DNA from: Hormoscilla sp.
GTDB lineage: Bacteria > Cyanobacteriota > Cyanobacteriia > Cyanobacteriales > Desertifilaceae
Assembly (NCBI GenBank): GCA_051439505.1
Contig: JBFRWI010000165.1
Coordinates: forward strand, 1 to 33,200
Reading direction: 5' to 3'
Length of the DNA stretch: 33,200 nt
Both the position numbers and the translations under genes were made by a program. The notes beneath the pieces are model-generated. The model did not search any database. It worked only from the letters and a program-made list of their open reading frames with translations, and was not told the DNA's origin. Shown in pieces: positions 1 to 8,917 of this stretch (position 1 is the stretch's first letter; each line of letters begins with the position of its first letter).

Positions 1-915
1 GCCAATGACTGTCTCGAATATAAATGGTTATTCCGAGAACTGGTAGCAACGGAACATCGGAGTAAAATTATCTTTATCAGTCGGGAAAGCATAGCCGAAA
101 TGCCCCCTACTCTCACCCGGGAACTGCCCCTGACAGGACTGCAACCCATTGCTGCCATTGCCCTGCTGCAAACTTTTCACCTGACCGCCTCAGACACAGA
201 ATTAGCACGACTAGCTACAGGCTATCAAGGGCATCCCCAAGCCTTAGAACAGCTAGCCACCTTAATTATCAATGACTTGGAATTTGCTGGCAACGTCGGC
301 AAGTTTTTGCAGGATAGAGACTGGCTGCTAATTCGGGAGCTAGAAAAGCTGACTGATGAAATTATAGCGCGTCTGAGCGACATAGAACGGACATGTCTGG
401 GCCGCATTTCCATCTATCAAACGGCAGAATATCCCCTGGACTGTGGCGCCATTGCCGCACAGATGCCAGAAGTGAGTTTGTATGAATTGAAAGAAGATAT
501 CATCCGCGCCCTCAAACGCCGACATTTATTATCTTATCACCCCGAACGAGAATCTTTTCAACTGCATCCCCTCCTGCGGGCCAAGGGCGAAGTTATACTA
601 TGTGAAAAACCAGAAAACCTGCGCACAGCCCATCGTCAAGCATACAAATATTTCTTGAATATTCCCCTCAAACCGGAAGCGGAATGGCAAGACATAGAGG
701 ACATAAAACCGCTACATTTAGCCCATTACCATGCGCAGCAAGCAGAAGATGAAGAGGAAGCAGCAGCAGCAATTTCGAGAATAGAATGTATCTGTAGGGT
801 GGGCACCGCCCACCAGCAAGATGACCGTAGGGTGGGCACCGCCCACCAGCAAGATGACAGGGAAGAGAAAGAATTCCAGGGCTTACAATATAGTCATAAT
901 AGTCATAATATGTAG
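1..915 (+). CDS. 3' part of an NB-ARC/NACHT-like (STAND) ATPase gene, 5'-truncated by the window edge
   Basis: Frame 1 is open from base 1 (ANDCLEYKWLFRELVATEHRSKIIFISRE...), so the ATG at 100 is internal. The IIFISRE, LPLTGL, YQGHPQALE (GxP) and FQLHPLLR motifs match the NB-ARC C-terminal half and winged helix of cyanobacterial STAND proteins. The last ~40 codons are read through REP repeats. Confidence 0.7.
   Translation, partial: ANDCLEYKWLFRELVATEHRSKIIFISRESIAEMPPTLTRELPLTGLQPIAAIALLQTFHLTASDTELARLATGYQGHPQALEQLATLIINDLEFAGNVGKFLQDRDWLLIRELEKLTDEIIARLSDIERTCLGRISIYQTAEYPLDCGAIAAQMPEVSLYELKEDIIRALKRRHLLSYHPERESFQLHPLLRAKGEVILCEKPENLRTAHRQAYKYFLNIPLKPEAEWQDIEDIKPLHLAHYHAQQAEDEEEAAAAISRIECICRVGTAHQQDDRRVGTAHQQDDREEKEFQGLQYSHNSHNM
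794..858 (+). repeat. Two tandem GTAG-type REP palindromes (33-bp period), GTAGGGTGGGCACCGCCCACCAGCAAGATGAC
   Basis: Identical copies start at 794 and 827, each with a GGTGGGC-acc-GCCCACC hairpin. A related inverted copy lies at 14576-14596. Confidence 0.9.
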
Positions 916-944
916 GTTGGGTAGAGCGCTAGCGAAACCCAACA
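912..944 (+). repeat. GTAG-type REP palindrome (GTAGGTTGGGTAGAGCGCTAGCGAAACCCAACA)
   Basis: GTAG foot with GTTGGGT...ACCCAAC arms. A related inverted copy lies at ~1479-1509. Confidence 0.8.
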
Positions 945-974
945 TGACCATTTCCTCGTTCCCAGGGTCTCCCT

Positions 975-1192
975 CAATATTTCTCGGTTAACAACCTGTC
1001 ATTGCGAGGGGGTCTTCCCAGCTAACTATTTGTTAGCCCCCGAAACAATGCCCCCGAAGCAATCTTACCGAGTCTGTTACGCTCGTGAGGGGATTGCTTC
1101 GGTGGGGGTTAACTCAAGAAAGCATAAGTTAATCGCGGAGTCCTCCCCCCCCTCGCAATGACAGCCTCTGATGCAAAACCTACTAGGTATTG
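975..1192. mobile_element. MITE-like element with CAATA...TATTG ends and a 10-bp target-site duplication
   Basis: GGGTCTCCCT occurs at 965-974 and 1193-1202. The interior carries a TGTCATTGCGAG...GAAGCAATC...GATTGCTTCG...CTCGCAATGACA palindrome. Confidence 0.8.
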
Positions 1193-1266
1193 GGGTCTCC
1201 CTGGGAACGAACATTCTGAGGCTCTGCCTCTTGTCTTATACCATGATTGAGATACACCCGATCGCC

Positions 1267-1473
1267 CAATACCTCTCAGTTAAGAATATAGATTGTCATT
1301 GCGAGGGGGGGGCAACCGCGATCAACAAGCAGGGAAATCTCCTTAACCCCCCGAAGCAATCTCCCCGACGACGTATGAGATTGCTTCGGGGGGATCTTGG
1401 ACGGGGATCGGAACAATTTCGTATGGTGCGCCCCCCTCGCAATGACAAATAAGATGTTAGCCGAGAAGTATTG
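1267..1473. mobile_element. Second MITE-like element of the same family
   Basis: Terminal inverted repeats CAATACCTCTCAGTTAA / TTAGCCGAGAAGTATTG (14/17 match) and the same internal GTCATTGCGAG...CTCGCAATGAC palindrome. No clear target-site duplication. Confidence 0.7.
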
Positions 1474-1515
1474 GATCCGGTTGGGTAACGTTCCGGAAAC
1501 CGAACCTACAGGATC

Positions 1516-1548
1516 TAGCCCGCGCAGGCGGGCTTTGTTTGTGTAGCC
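1516..1548 (+). repeat. Dispersed palindromic repeat TAGCCCGCGCAGGCGGGCTTTGTTTGTGTAGCC (copy 1)
   Basis: Identical to 2357-2389 and contains an AGCCCGC-gcag-GCGGGCT hairpin. Confidence 0.9.
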
Positions 1549-1578
1549 TCACTCTTTAGGGTGAGAGCGATCGCCCGT

Positions 1579-2190
1579 TTATAATTCTCCCAACCGCCTC
1601 AAAATACTCAAAACCCGGTATAACTCATTCTCTCTGCGATACAAACTCAACTCTTCAGACAACCCGTACTTAGGAGTATCCTGGTGAGTCAGTTTGATAA
1701 AGGTGAAATGACTGCCATTCGTCATCAAGCCAAAGGTTTGTTTCTCAGGATGAGGATTTTTCATCATATAGAACAAAGCTTGCGGTAAAGCTTGTTCTAG
1801 ACTGAAGTGCTTATTTTTGGCTTCTATCACAGTCACCCAAAAATCTTCCCGTAAAATCAGCACATCAATTCTTCCACGTATAACTTTTTCCTCATCTTCA
1901 TCTTCAACTCTTACCTCTGCTTCAGGGTGAAAAGGATAACGAAAAAAACCTGCTAAAGACAGCAATGGACCTAATACAGCTATTTTGACAATTTCTTCAT
2001 GGAAGCGATACTTTCCCAAGGAAATAAAATCATTTTTTATCAGATCCAGCCATTGCTTTTCCACCTCAGTCACCTCTGGCATATCCGTCTCCCATTCAGG
2101 GAAGAACTTTTCATCATCGACCTTCTGAAGACTGAATTTATCTTCCACATCGTATAAAGTAAGGTCACTTGCCTGGATGATTTGTGTCAT
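1579..2190 (-). CDS. PD-(D/E)xK nuclease-fold protein (HSDR_N-like, cyanobacterial 'type I restriction endonuclease subunit R'-like small protein)
   Basis: GRIDVLI...VIEAK motif, ALPQALFYM and FGLMTNGSHFTFIKL. The ATG at 2190 (MTQIIQASDLTL) is preferred over the TTG at 2214. Confidence 0.8.
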   Translation of the reverse strand: MTQIIQASDLTLYDVEDKFSLQKVDDEKFFPEWETDMPEVTEVEKQWLDLIKNDFISLGKYRFHEEIVKIAVLGPLLSLAGFFRYPFHPEAEVRVEDEDEEKVIRGRIDVLILREDFWVTVIEAKNKHFSLEQALPQALFYMMKNPHPEKQTFGLMTNGSHFTFIKLTHQDTPKYGLSEELSLYRRENELYRVLSILRRLGEL

Positions 2191-2356
2191 AATGTAATCC
2201 TCAGGTTGCTGCAATTATAGGATATAGCATTTCTAAAATTGATTATTTACTCTCAAGAGAGAGAAACGCTATAAAAATAATTTTCACGAGCAGTTAATCC
2301 GGTCGGATGCATCTGAATGCACGCAAATGTACATTAATAATACATGTAATGTAATT

Positions 2357-2389
2357 TAGCCCGCGCAGGCGGGCTTTGTTTGTGTAGCC
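2357..2389 (+). repeat. Dispersed palindromic repeat (copy 2)
   Basis: Identical to 1516-1548. Confidence 0.9.
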
Positions 2390-2450
2390 GGACCCTTTAG
2401 GGTTCGGGCGACGCAAATATGCAGTGTACCCATCCCATCATTGGGCAACA

Positions 2451-4733
2451 TTATTTTAATGATTTATATAGTTTCTCAAACATCGCCTGAATATCGGGAG
2501 GTTTAGCAGTGAAATAAATGTAAAAAGATCCCTTCTCCTCCGCTTGTTTTTCCGTGACCTTAGCATAGATATCTTCGCTGACCGACCCGGGATTGGTAAC
2601 CAAATTCAGCTTGATATTGGACATGGGAGACACAACAACATCCCCTTCTGTAGATTCGCCGCATTTCACCAAACCACCCGATTCAGAAAGCTGGACTAAA
2701 CTTCCTGGGAAGCTGCTGTCACCGACATTCTTGCCATCCAGAAGGGCGTATTGGAGGGATATGCAGGACTCTAGACATTTAAACACTTCTTCTTTCTTAG
2801 GCAGAAACAAATTATAATCCCCTTCGATGCCGCCAATATCATAGATGGTAATTTCATTCTTCACCCCTTTCGGCTTGACCTGCTTTTCGCCATTCACCTT
2901 AATAATAGATGGGTCGCCCTCATGCAAAGTCTGTTCGGAAATCAGAATTTGTCCCCCCGTAGTATAGGATTCGATCCGATAAGTCAAGTTTACCTGAGAC
3001 CCTACCACACCATACTTAGTCCGTTTCTCCGAGCCAATATTTCCTACCACTACTTCCCCAGTATTGATGCCAATGCCCATTAACAGAGGCGCATATCCCC
3101 ACTCCTTCATCTGTTCGTTTACTTTTACCATCGCTAACTGCATTGCTATGGCACAGGCGATCGCCCTTTGAGCGTCATCCCGTCTTTGATTAGGAGCGCC
3201 AAAGAGCACCAAAATTCCATCCCCCATGAACTCATCGATCGTCCCCTGGTAGGATGTAATCGCATCTGCCATATAGCATAGATAGAAGTTGAGGATTTTT
3301 ACCACCTCTTCGGGGGGCAATCGTTCTGACGTAGCGGTGAAACCTCTTAAATCAGAGGTCAGGATAGTTATTTTCCGGCGTTCCCCACCCAGTTTCAAGC
3401 CTTCCGGGTGTTCCAGCAAGTTAGCGACAACTTCATCAGTCAGGTAACGCCCGAAAGTCTTGCGAATCTGTCCGGCGCTCTGGGCAATGTAACTGGTGAC
3501 TGCCACTGCTGACCCCGCGATCGCCACCAAGGGCGGCACCACCGGGATCCACCAGCCTGCCAAGAAAGCCCCATAGGTACTACCCAACAGTACGCCGCTG
3601 GACATCGTTGCCGCACTCACCCTTTGCAAATGGCTGCACTTGCTACCGCGCAAGCTCCAAGTGAGGCTAGCGCCAACAAAAGACCACAGCAGAATCCACA
3701 GCCACTCCATCGGTTCCGACCAACTCCGAAACAGGGGGCGATCGCCCTGTGCTGCACTGATAATCTGACTGGTAATATTGGCATGGATCTCTACCCCAGA
3801 CATCGGTCTGGGCAGCATCAGGACACCGCCACTGTAGGGAGTATAAAACAAATCGTTAAAACTCTCCCCCACTGCCCCGATTAAGATTATCCGATCGCGC
3901 CCCCAATCTGGCGGTACCCGGTCTTCGAGGATATCCCTCATCGAGACCATCTCGAAATGTTGGCTCGGTCCTCGGTAGTTCACCAGTAGCTGAAATCCAC
4001 CGGCATCCGATCGCACGTAATCACCGTCATTGCTTTCAAAGGGAGCGAATACCTGCTTGCCTAACTTAAATTTTGCCCCCTCCAGATCCTCAGGAATAAT
4101 CCCTTCTGCGTCCAGATAGAGCAATGCCAGATAGAACCCAAAGCTGAAAACTGTTTCTCCAGCACTGGTCATGTACAGAAAGCCTCGCCGCACCCTGCTA
4201 TCTGCATCAACTATCAAGTCATTTGCACCCACCTGCCCCTTCTCCTTGAGCACGGGAGGCGGCGCTACCACCTCTCGCGGGCTAGAGCCCACTGCCTTCT
4301 GGATGCCTACTAGATTCTGGGTTTGAGCAAATATCTCGACTAATTGCTCGTGACCTGGAGGTACCGGAACGTCACGATAAATATCTAGCCCGATCGCCCG
4401 GGGTTCCATTGCCTGCAATTTTCCCAGTAACTGGGCATAGACACCATCGGGAATAATCGCCTGCCCGATTTTTTCGACATCCGCGTCATCTATGCCCACG
4501 ATCGCGATTCTGTCGTCCCGGGGTACTTCGGGTCGCCAACGCATATATTGATCGAAAAATAACCAGGACGGCATCTGCAAAAGACCTACAAAGCGCAGTA
4601 GGATTACCGCTGCCGTCACTGACGGAGCAGTAATCCACACGCAGCGTTCCGACCAAAATAGCTTGTTAGGTCGCTTAATGCGTCCCCAAAAATCTTTTAC
4701 CCTGCCGCGACCTGATTTTAAGATTGCCCACAT
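2451..4733 (-). CDS. cya2: CHASE2-domain class III adenylate/guanylate cyclase, Cya2-like
   Basis: N-terminal TM, CHASE2 (RIAIVGIDD, AIGLDIYRD, GVEIHANITSQ) and further TM helices. The cyclase domain (TILTSDLRGFT, IDEFMGDGILVLFGAP, GSEKRTKYGVVG, VNLTYRIESY) closely matches my recollection of Synechocystis Cya2. Confidence 0.9.
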   Translation of the reverse strand: MWAILKSGRGRVKDFWGRIKRPNKLFWSERCVWITAPSVTAAVILLRFVGLLQMPSWLFFDQYMRWRPEVPRDDRIAIVGIDDADVEKIGQAIIPDGVYAQLLGKLQAMEPRAIGLDIYRDVPVPPGHEQLVEIFAQTQNLVGIQKAVGSSPREVVAPPPVLKEKGQVGANDLIVDADSRVRRGFLYMTSAGETVFSFGFYLALLYLDAEGIIPEDLEGAKFKLGKQVFAPFESNDGDYVRSDAGGFQLLVNYRGPSQHFEMVSMRDILEDRVPPDWGRDRIILIGAVGESFNDLFYTPYSGGVLMLPRPMSGVEIHANITSQIISAAQGDRPLFRSWSEPMEWLWILLWSFVGASLTWSLRGSKCSHLQRVSAATMSSGVLLGSTYGAFLAGWWIPVVPPLVAIAGSAVAVTSYIAQSAGQIRKTFGRYLTDEVVANLLEHPEGLKLGGERRKITILTSDLRGFTATSERLPPEEVVKILNFYLCYMADAITSYQGTIDEFMGDGILVLFGAPNQRRDDAQRAIACAIAMQLAMVKVNEQMKEWGYAPLLMGIGINTGEVVVGNIGSEKRTKYGVVGSQVNLTYRIESYTTGGQILISEQTLHEGDPSIIKVNGEKQVKPKGVKNEITIYDIGGIEGDYNLFLPKKEEVFKCLESCISLQYALLDGKNVGDSSFPGSLVQLSESGGLVKCGESTEGDVVVSPMSNIKLNLVTNPGSVSEDIYAKVTEKQAEEKGSFYIYFTAKPPDIQAMFEKLYKSLK

Positions 4734-5530
4734 ATCAATTTTTCTGCATCATTGACCGCTGCATCATTTGGCAATGCTTGTGCTGAGCATGCAAACAACG
4801 GTTCTGAAGCTATTTCTTGCAGATGTTCTACTGAGTTCAATAGCTCTTGCCATTCTGACCTGCGCAGCTGTTCTGTCAGCTTCAGAGTTTCGTGCCATAT
4901 CAACTCATCTGCATATATTTGAGCCTGCTGTTCCGGTTCAGCTTTTTCTAGCCGCCTATTCACTTCTGGACTCACTTCCGTGCGTCGCAACCACCCTTCC
5001 ACAAACGCATCCTGTTCGGGATCCGCTTTGTTGCAATAGATTGCAAACTGCCACAGATAATCCTGACCGATTTCCAGAGCCGCTTTTTTCGGGATGTTCA
5101 GTTTATATATGCCCGAATTGTTCCCTGGCAGTTCCACCTCTGCCAGGTAAACTATCTTCCCTTGTTCGTCGGCTATCAAAAATTCTCCCTCAACAGTAGT
5201 TGCTTCATCTGTTATTTTGGGAACGTACACATATATTGTCGGATTTGGATCGATCGTGGTCTCCACCCGCTCGGGATTCGCTGTCGGCATCAATGCCATC
5301 AGCGGCATTTTGCTCTGGGCCAGTTCGCAAGCTTCGTTATCACCGCGCGATCCTCCCCCATCCGTTACACTGGTTGCCCCTCTGTCTTCCGTCTTAGGAA
5401 ATCTCACTGCCACCCGTTCCGGGTATGACTGTGCCAGCAGCTGTGACGGCAAGCCCGCTGCCACTGCCACTGCGGTTGAGAGCACTAAGGTAAGGATACC
5501 CCTTGACTGTCGATACTTTGATGTACCCAT
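4718..5530 (-). CDS. DUF928 domain protein with N-terminal signal peptide
   Basis: GGGSRG..C, LMALMP, PTIYVYVP, LEIGQDYLWQFAIYC, YADELIWHETL, WQELLNSV. It overlaps the CHASE2 gene start, a typical DUF928-CHASE2 pairing. Confidence 0.88.
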   Translation of the reverse strand: MGTSKYRQSRGILTLVLSTAVAVAAGLPSQLLAQSYPERVAVRFPKTEDRGATSVTDGGGSRGDNEACELAQSKMPLMALMPTANPERVETTIDPNPTIYVYVPKITDEATTVEGEFLIADEQGKIVYLAEVELPGNNSGIYKLNIPKKAALEIGQDYLWQFAIYCNKADPEQDAFVEGWLRRTEVSPEVNRRLEKAEPEQQAQIYADELIWHETLKLTEQLRRSEWQELLNSVEHLQEIASEPLFACSAQALPNDAAVNDAEKLICGQS

Positions 5531-5765
5531 GTTCTCGATCCCTCTTCCTTGATTTTACTTAACTTTCCCCCACTTCAACTTTCTGGGGCGCAGCGCCAAG
5601 CAGGGCGCCAGTTTCACCCTTACGTTACTAATATGACCTATAATTCGTCAGACGTAACCGTGCTCGCAATTGTTTCCTGTTACTAATATAATTTCAGACG
5701 CAACCCAATACTTTTCGGTTAAGCACCCAAGGAGCTATTTAAAAACGGTGCTTGTACTTATTTCC

Positions 5766-6330
5766 TCACCAAGGGCTACCGATCGTGGTAAAGGCTGCCC
5801 AATAGTAGGGATGTTCTAGATTTTCGTTCCCTAGTTTTGCCAGGGCGGGTGGCAGGGACAGTACCCGGTTGGAACCTCGTAACTCACCTCCTTCCAAACT
5901 AACTTTACCCTCGATCGTGGCGATTTGCGCCTGCCGCAGGGCCTCGGCTTTGATTGGTGCCGTCCGTAAATGCAGATCAATTCAGTCATCAACGCTAAAG
6001 TCCCGGCATCGCCGACCTGCCAAATACTGGCTATAGCTGGCTTGACACCAGCCTGTAGCACTAACCCGGCCAAACCGGGCCTCGGCATCTCGATCGCCGG
6101 TTAGCAGTTTTACAGGCACGCTCGCACTAATAGCTCTATTGGCCCCCTGTTCCAGTCTAGATCTCGCATCCGATCTAATTTTAGCTTGCTGTCCCAAAAT
6201 TGCAATGTTGGAATCGGCGATCCGGGCTGAAACTCAGCATGGGTCGCCAGTTGAACGTGTCTTTCCCATTTTTCCTCGATCGCATCAGCAGCTTTTGCCT
6301 GACTAATCATCTTCCCACAAAGCATTGCCT
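5766..6330 (-). pseudogene. Frameshifted CHAT (caspase-like HetF-associated) domain gene remnant
   Basis: Motifs are spread over several frames: LATHAEFQPG, IELLVRAC, GDRDAE, GLAGLVLQAGVKPAIASIWQVGDAGTLALMTE and the terminal HPYYWAAFTTIGSPW* (TGA at 5766-5768). The 5' boundary is approximate. Confidence 0.85.
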
Positions 6331-6538
6331 ACAATCTTCCCTGGGGGAACCGATCGGGCGATCGGGCTCAAGCAGACAGCGGCCAACAGGGCAACTGCAA
6401 ATATGCCTAGTTTTACTCTTGTGTGCTTGACTTCTTAGGTTTTTCCCTTCCGAACAGCTGCTCTAAGTTGCATAATTCTTCTTTTCAATGATTTCATCTG
6501 CTTGACGATGAGTAGTCAAGTATATTTGTACCCAAAAC

Positions 6539-8395
6539 TCATACATCGGGCTGTGACCGATCGGATAGTTCTTGAAGCCAAGCTGCTACGACTGGTGGTT
6601 TGGCCGTAAACCGGATGTAAAAACTGCCCGGTGCCGCTGGTCTTTCTAATACTTTAGCATATATATCTTCTCTCACATCAGTTGGAGCGTTAAGCACGAG
6701 CAAATTCAGCTTAATATTGCTCAACCCACGGGGCAGATTTTCTTCTGCCACATCCTCACAGTACACCTCTGCTTCTTTAGCCGAAAGCTTGACAATTATT
6801 CCCGACAATATCCGCTCGTCAATATGTTTGCCATCCACAACCCTATATTGAATATTGATAGCTGACGCCAGAGGTTTTAATTCTGCTTCTGCTTGAGACA
6901 AAAACAGGTTGTATTCACCGCCAATACCCCCAACTTCATAAATATTAATCTGTTCTTTAACCCCTTTCGGCTGTACCTGCTTTTGCCCCGAAACATTCAC
7001 CATCTCTCCCGCTTCTTTTAATGTTTGTTCTGCAATTAATATCTGACCTCCTATTGTATAGGATTCTATCCGATATGTCAAGTTGACGTTACTGCCCACA
7101 ATTCCGTATTTGGTGCGTTTCTCGGAACCAATATTTCCCACTACCACTTCCCCGGTATTAATTCCAATTCCCATTTCTAGGGAAGGTAACCCCCATGCTT
7201 TCATCTGAGCGTTAACTGGTTCCATCGCTAATTGCATTTCTACCGCACAGGCGATCGCCCTTTGCGCATCGTCTTCTCTAGCAGTTGGGGCTCCAAATAG
7301 CACTAATATCCCATCTCCCAGAAATTCATCGATCGTACCTTGGTACTTGGTAATCGCATCTGCCATGTCTTCAAAATAAAAATTGAGAATTTTTACTACT
7401 TCTTCGGGAGATAATCGTTCTGATATGGCTGTAAACCCCCTCAGATCGGAGGTCAGGATAGTAATTTTCCGCTTTTCGCCGCCCAGTTTTAATCCTTCAG
7501 GAGTTGCCAACAAATTTTCTACTACTTCATCGGTCAAGTAACGCCCAAAAACTTGACGAATTAGTCTGTTACTTTTTTCTAATTCTCTATTGGTGCTTGC
7601 CAAATTAGCTTCCGCCCGCTTGCGATCGCTTATCGCCTCGGTGATTTGATGAAACATTTGATTGAAGGCAGAAATCACATCTCCCAACTCATCTTCCCGT
7701 TGCACTGAATATGAGTAAAAATCCGGCGGTTCTGCGTCTTGGATGACTGCTTCACCCGCCCCAATTAAGTCATTTCTCAGACGGATAATCGGAGTAATTA
7801 CTAGAGGATTTAATGCTATCCAAGTTCCCGCCGTGACAAACACTGATATAATCGCAACTAGACCGGCAATCCGGAAAATAAAAGCCTTTAACTCTAGTTT
7901 AACCGAACTCGTATCGTGACGCAAAATTAACGTGTAATCTTTCTGCATCATATCCGGCGTCCAGGCCGAGTCATAGCGATCGCCATTTTGGCTTCTCAAA
8001 TTTAGTACCTTAGCGCCTTTGACCTCATCAAATGATAGTTCTGGTTCTTCCCCAAAAATACCCACCAGCGAGCCGTCATATTTGTAAAGTACACCTCCTA
8101 CAATTATATGCTGAAGCTTCCTACTCAGATTAATCGGCTGCAATTCTTGAAGTTTTTTTACTTCTGCCAATAATTCTTCATCATCGATTTTGTTTTCGGC
8201 AATCTTTTTAATTACAGCCACTTTTCCCGCTGACACCTCCGATATCTGAGAGAAAAACTCTCGTTCCCTTCGCCATACTGAAGGAATTAGCAGAATTGCT
8301 TCGATCGCCACCACACTGATAAACACCCAGAACACCACCTTCCTGGACAAGCAACCTGTGGGCAGTTTCCAACCACCTTTAGCTCGAACCGACAT
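6539..8395 (-). CDS. Membrane HAMP-domain class III adenylate/guanylate cyclase, Cya2-type catalytic domain
   Basis: Two TM segments, HAMP (REDELGDVISAFNQM), a coiled coil, and a cyclase domain with TSDLRGFT, IDEFLGDG and KRTKYGIVG. Confidence 0.9.
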   Translation of the reverse strand: MSVRAKGGWKLPTGCLSRKVVFWVFISVVAIEAILLIPSVWRREREFFSQISEVSAGKVAVIKKIAENKIDDEELLAEVKKLQELQPINLSRKLQHIIVGGVLYKYDGSLVGIFGEEPELSFDEVKGAKVLNLRSQNGDRYDSAWTPDMMQKDYTLILRHDTSSVKLELKAFIFRIAGLVAIISVFVTAGTWIALNPLVITPIIRLRNDLIGAGEAVIQDAEPPDFYSYSVQREDELGDVISAFNQMFHQITEAISDRKRAEANLASTNRELEKSNRLIRQVFGRYLTDEVVENLLATPEGLKLGGEKRKITILTSDLRGFTAISERLSPEEVVKILNFYFEDMADAITKYQGTIDEFLGDGILVLFGAPTAREDDAQRAIACAVEMQLAMEPVNAQMKAWGLPSLEMGIGINTGEVVVGNIGSEKRTKYGIVGSNVNLTYRIESYTIGGQILIAEQTLKEAGEMVNVSGQKQVQPKGVKEQINIYEVGGIGGEYNLFLSQAEAELKPLASAINIQYRVVDGKHIDERILSGIIVKLSAKEAEVYCEDVAEENLPRGLSNIKLNLLVLNAPTDVREDIYAKVLERPAAPGSFYIRFTAKPPVVAAWLQELSDRSQPDV

Positions 8396-8443
8396 GACCT
8401 TCTCTTCTGCCTATTTTATCTTTTGTTCTGCTGATTATAGCAG

Positions 8444-8869
8444 CTAACCCGTTGGTCGATTCATCACAAATATATTGCGATTGCGGTCTCCCACCCTTTC
8501 GTAGATGAACTTGTCCACCCCCTCAATTGCCAGATACACTCCCAAACCCCCGATCGGTCTATCTTCTAAAGGTCTATTCAACATTTCCTCTGCTACCGTT
8601 TTCTTTTGGGTCGGATCGTAGGCTTCCCCTGTATCTTCAATCCAAAGTGTTAAAGTTTTCTCATCTATTTTTGCCTGCAATTGGACCTCCCCTTCTAGTT
8701 CCGCTTCCTCATATCCGTGAGTAATAATATTGGTGGCAACTTCATCCACTGCTAGCCGCAGTTTATAGGATAATTTTTTGTCCAATCCTGCCGTTTTTGC
8801 TGCTGCCATCACGTATTGCGCGATCGCACTTAAAGACTCCAGCTTTCCGGATACTTTCAAACTTTCCAT
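8444..8869 (-). CDS. RsbW/SpoIIAB-like anti-sigma-factor Ser/Thr kinase (HATPase_c), Slr1861-like
   Basis: LAVDEVATNIITHGY, IEDTGEAYDP, RPIGGLGVYL. Confidence 0.9.
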   Translation of the reverse strand: MESLKVSGKLESLSAIAQYVMAAAKTAGLDKKLSYKLRLAVDEVATNIITHGYEEAELEGEVQLQAKIDEKTLTLWIEDTGEAYDPTQKKTVAEEMLNRPLEDRPIGGLGVYLAIEGVDKFIYERVGDRNRNIFVMNRPTG

Positions 8870-8917
8870 AGGAACACCTCCTTTTTGCTGACTTTTGCTT
8901 TAATTTGATGGGCTATA

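Noticed and set aside
794..858. Possible CRISPR array (33-bp direct repeats)
   Set aside because: Only two abutting units, no unique spacers and no cas genes; it is a GTAG-type REP doublet.
1171..1452. 93-aa ORF
   Set aside because: Made almost entirely of MITE and palindrome sequence.
2329..2343. Possible NtcA site (GTA...TAC)
   Set aside because: Spacing is N9 rather than GTA-N8-TAC.
4768..5552. Plus-strand ORFs opposite DUF928, and similar antisense ORFs over glgX, AGE, RTX and bchH
   Set aside because: Shadow frames of well-supported minus-strand genes with no recognisable motifs.
5831..6430. Several short ORFs as independent genes
   Set aside because: They are fragments or antisense frames of the CHAT pseudogene.
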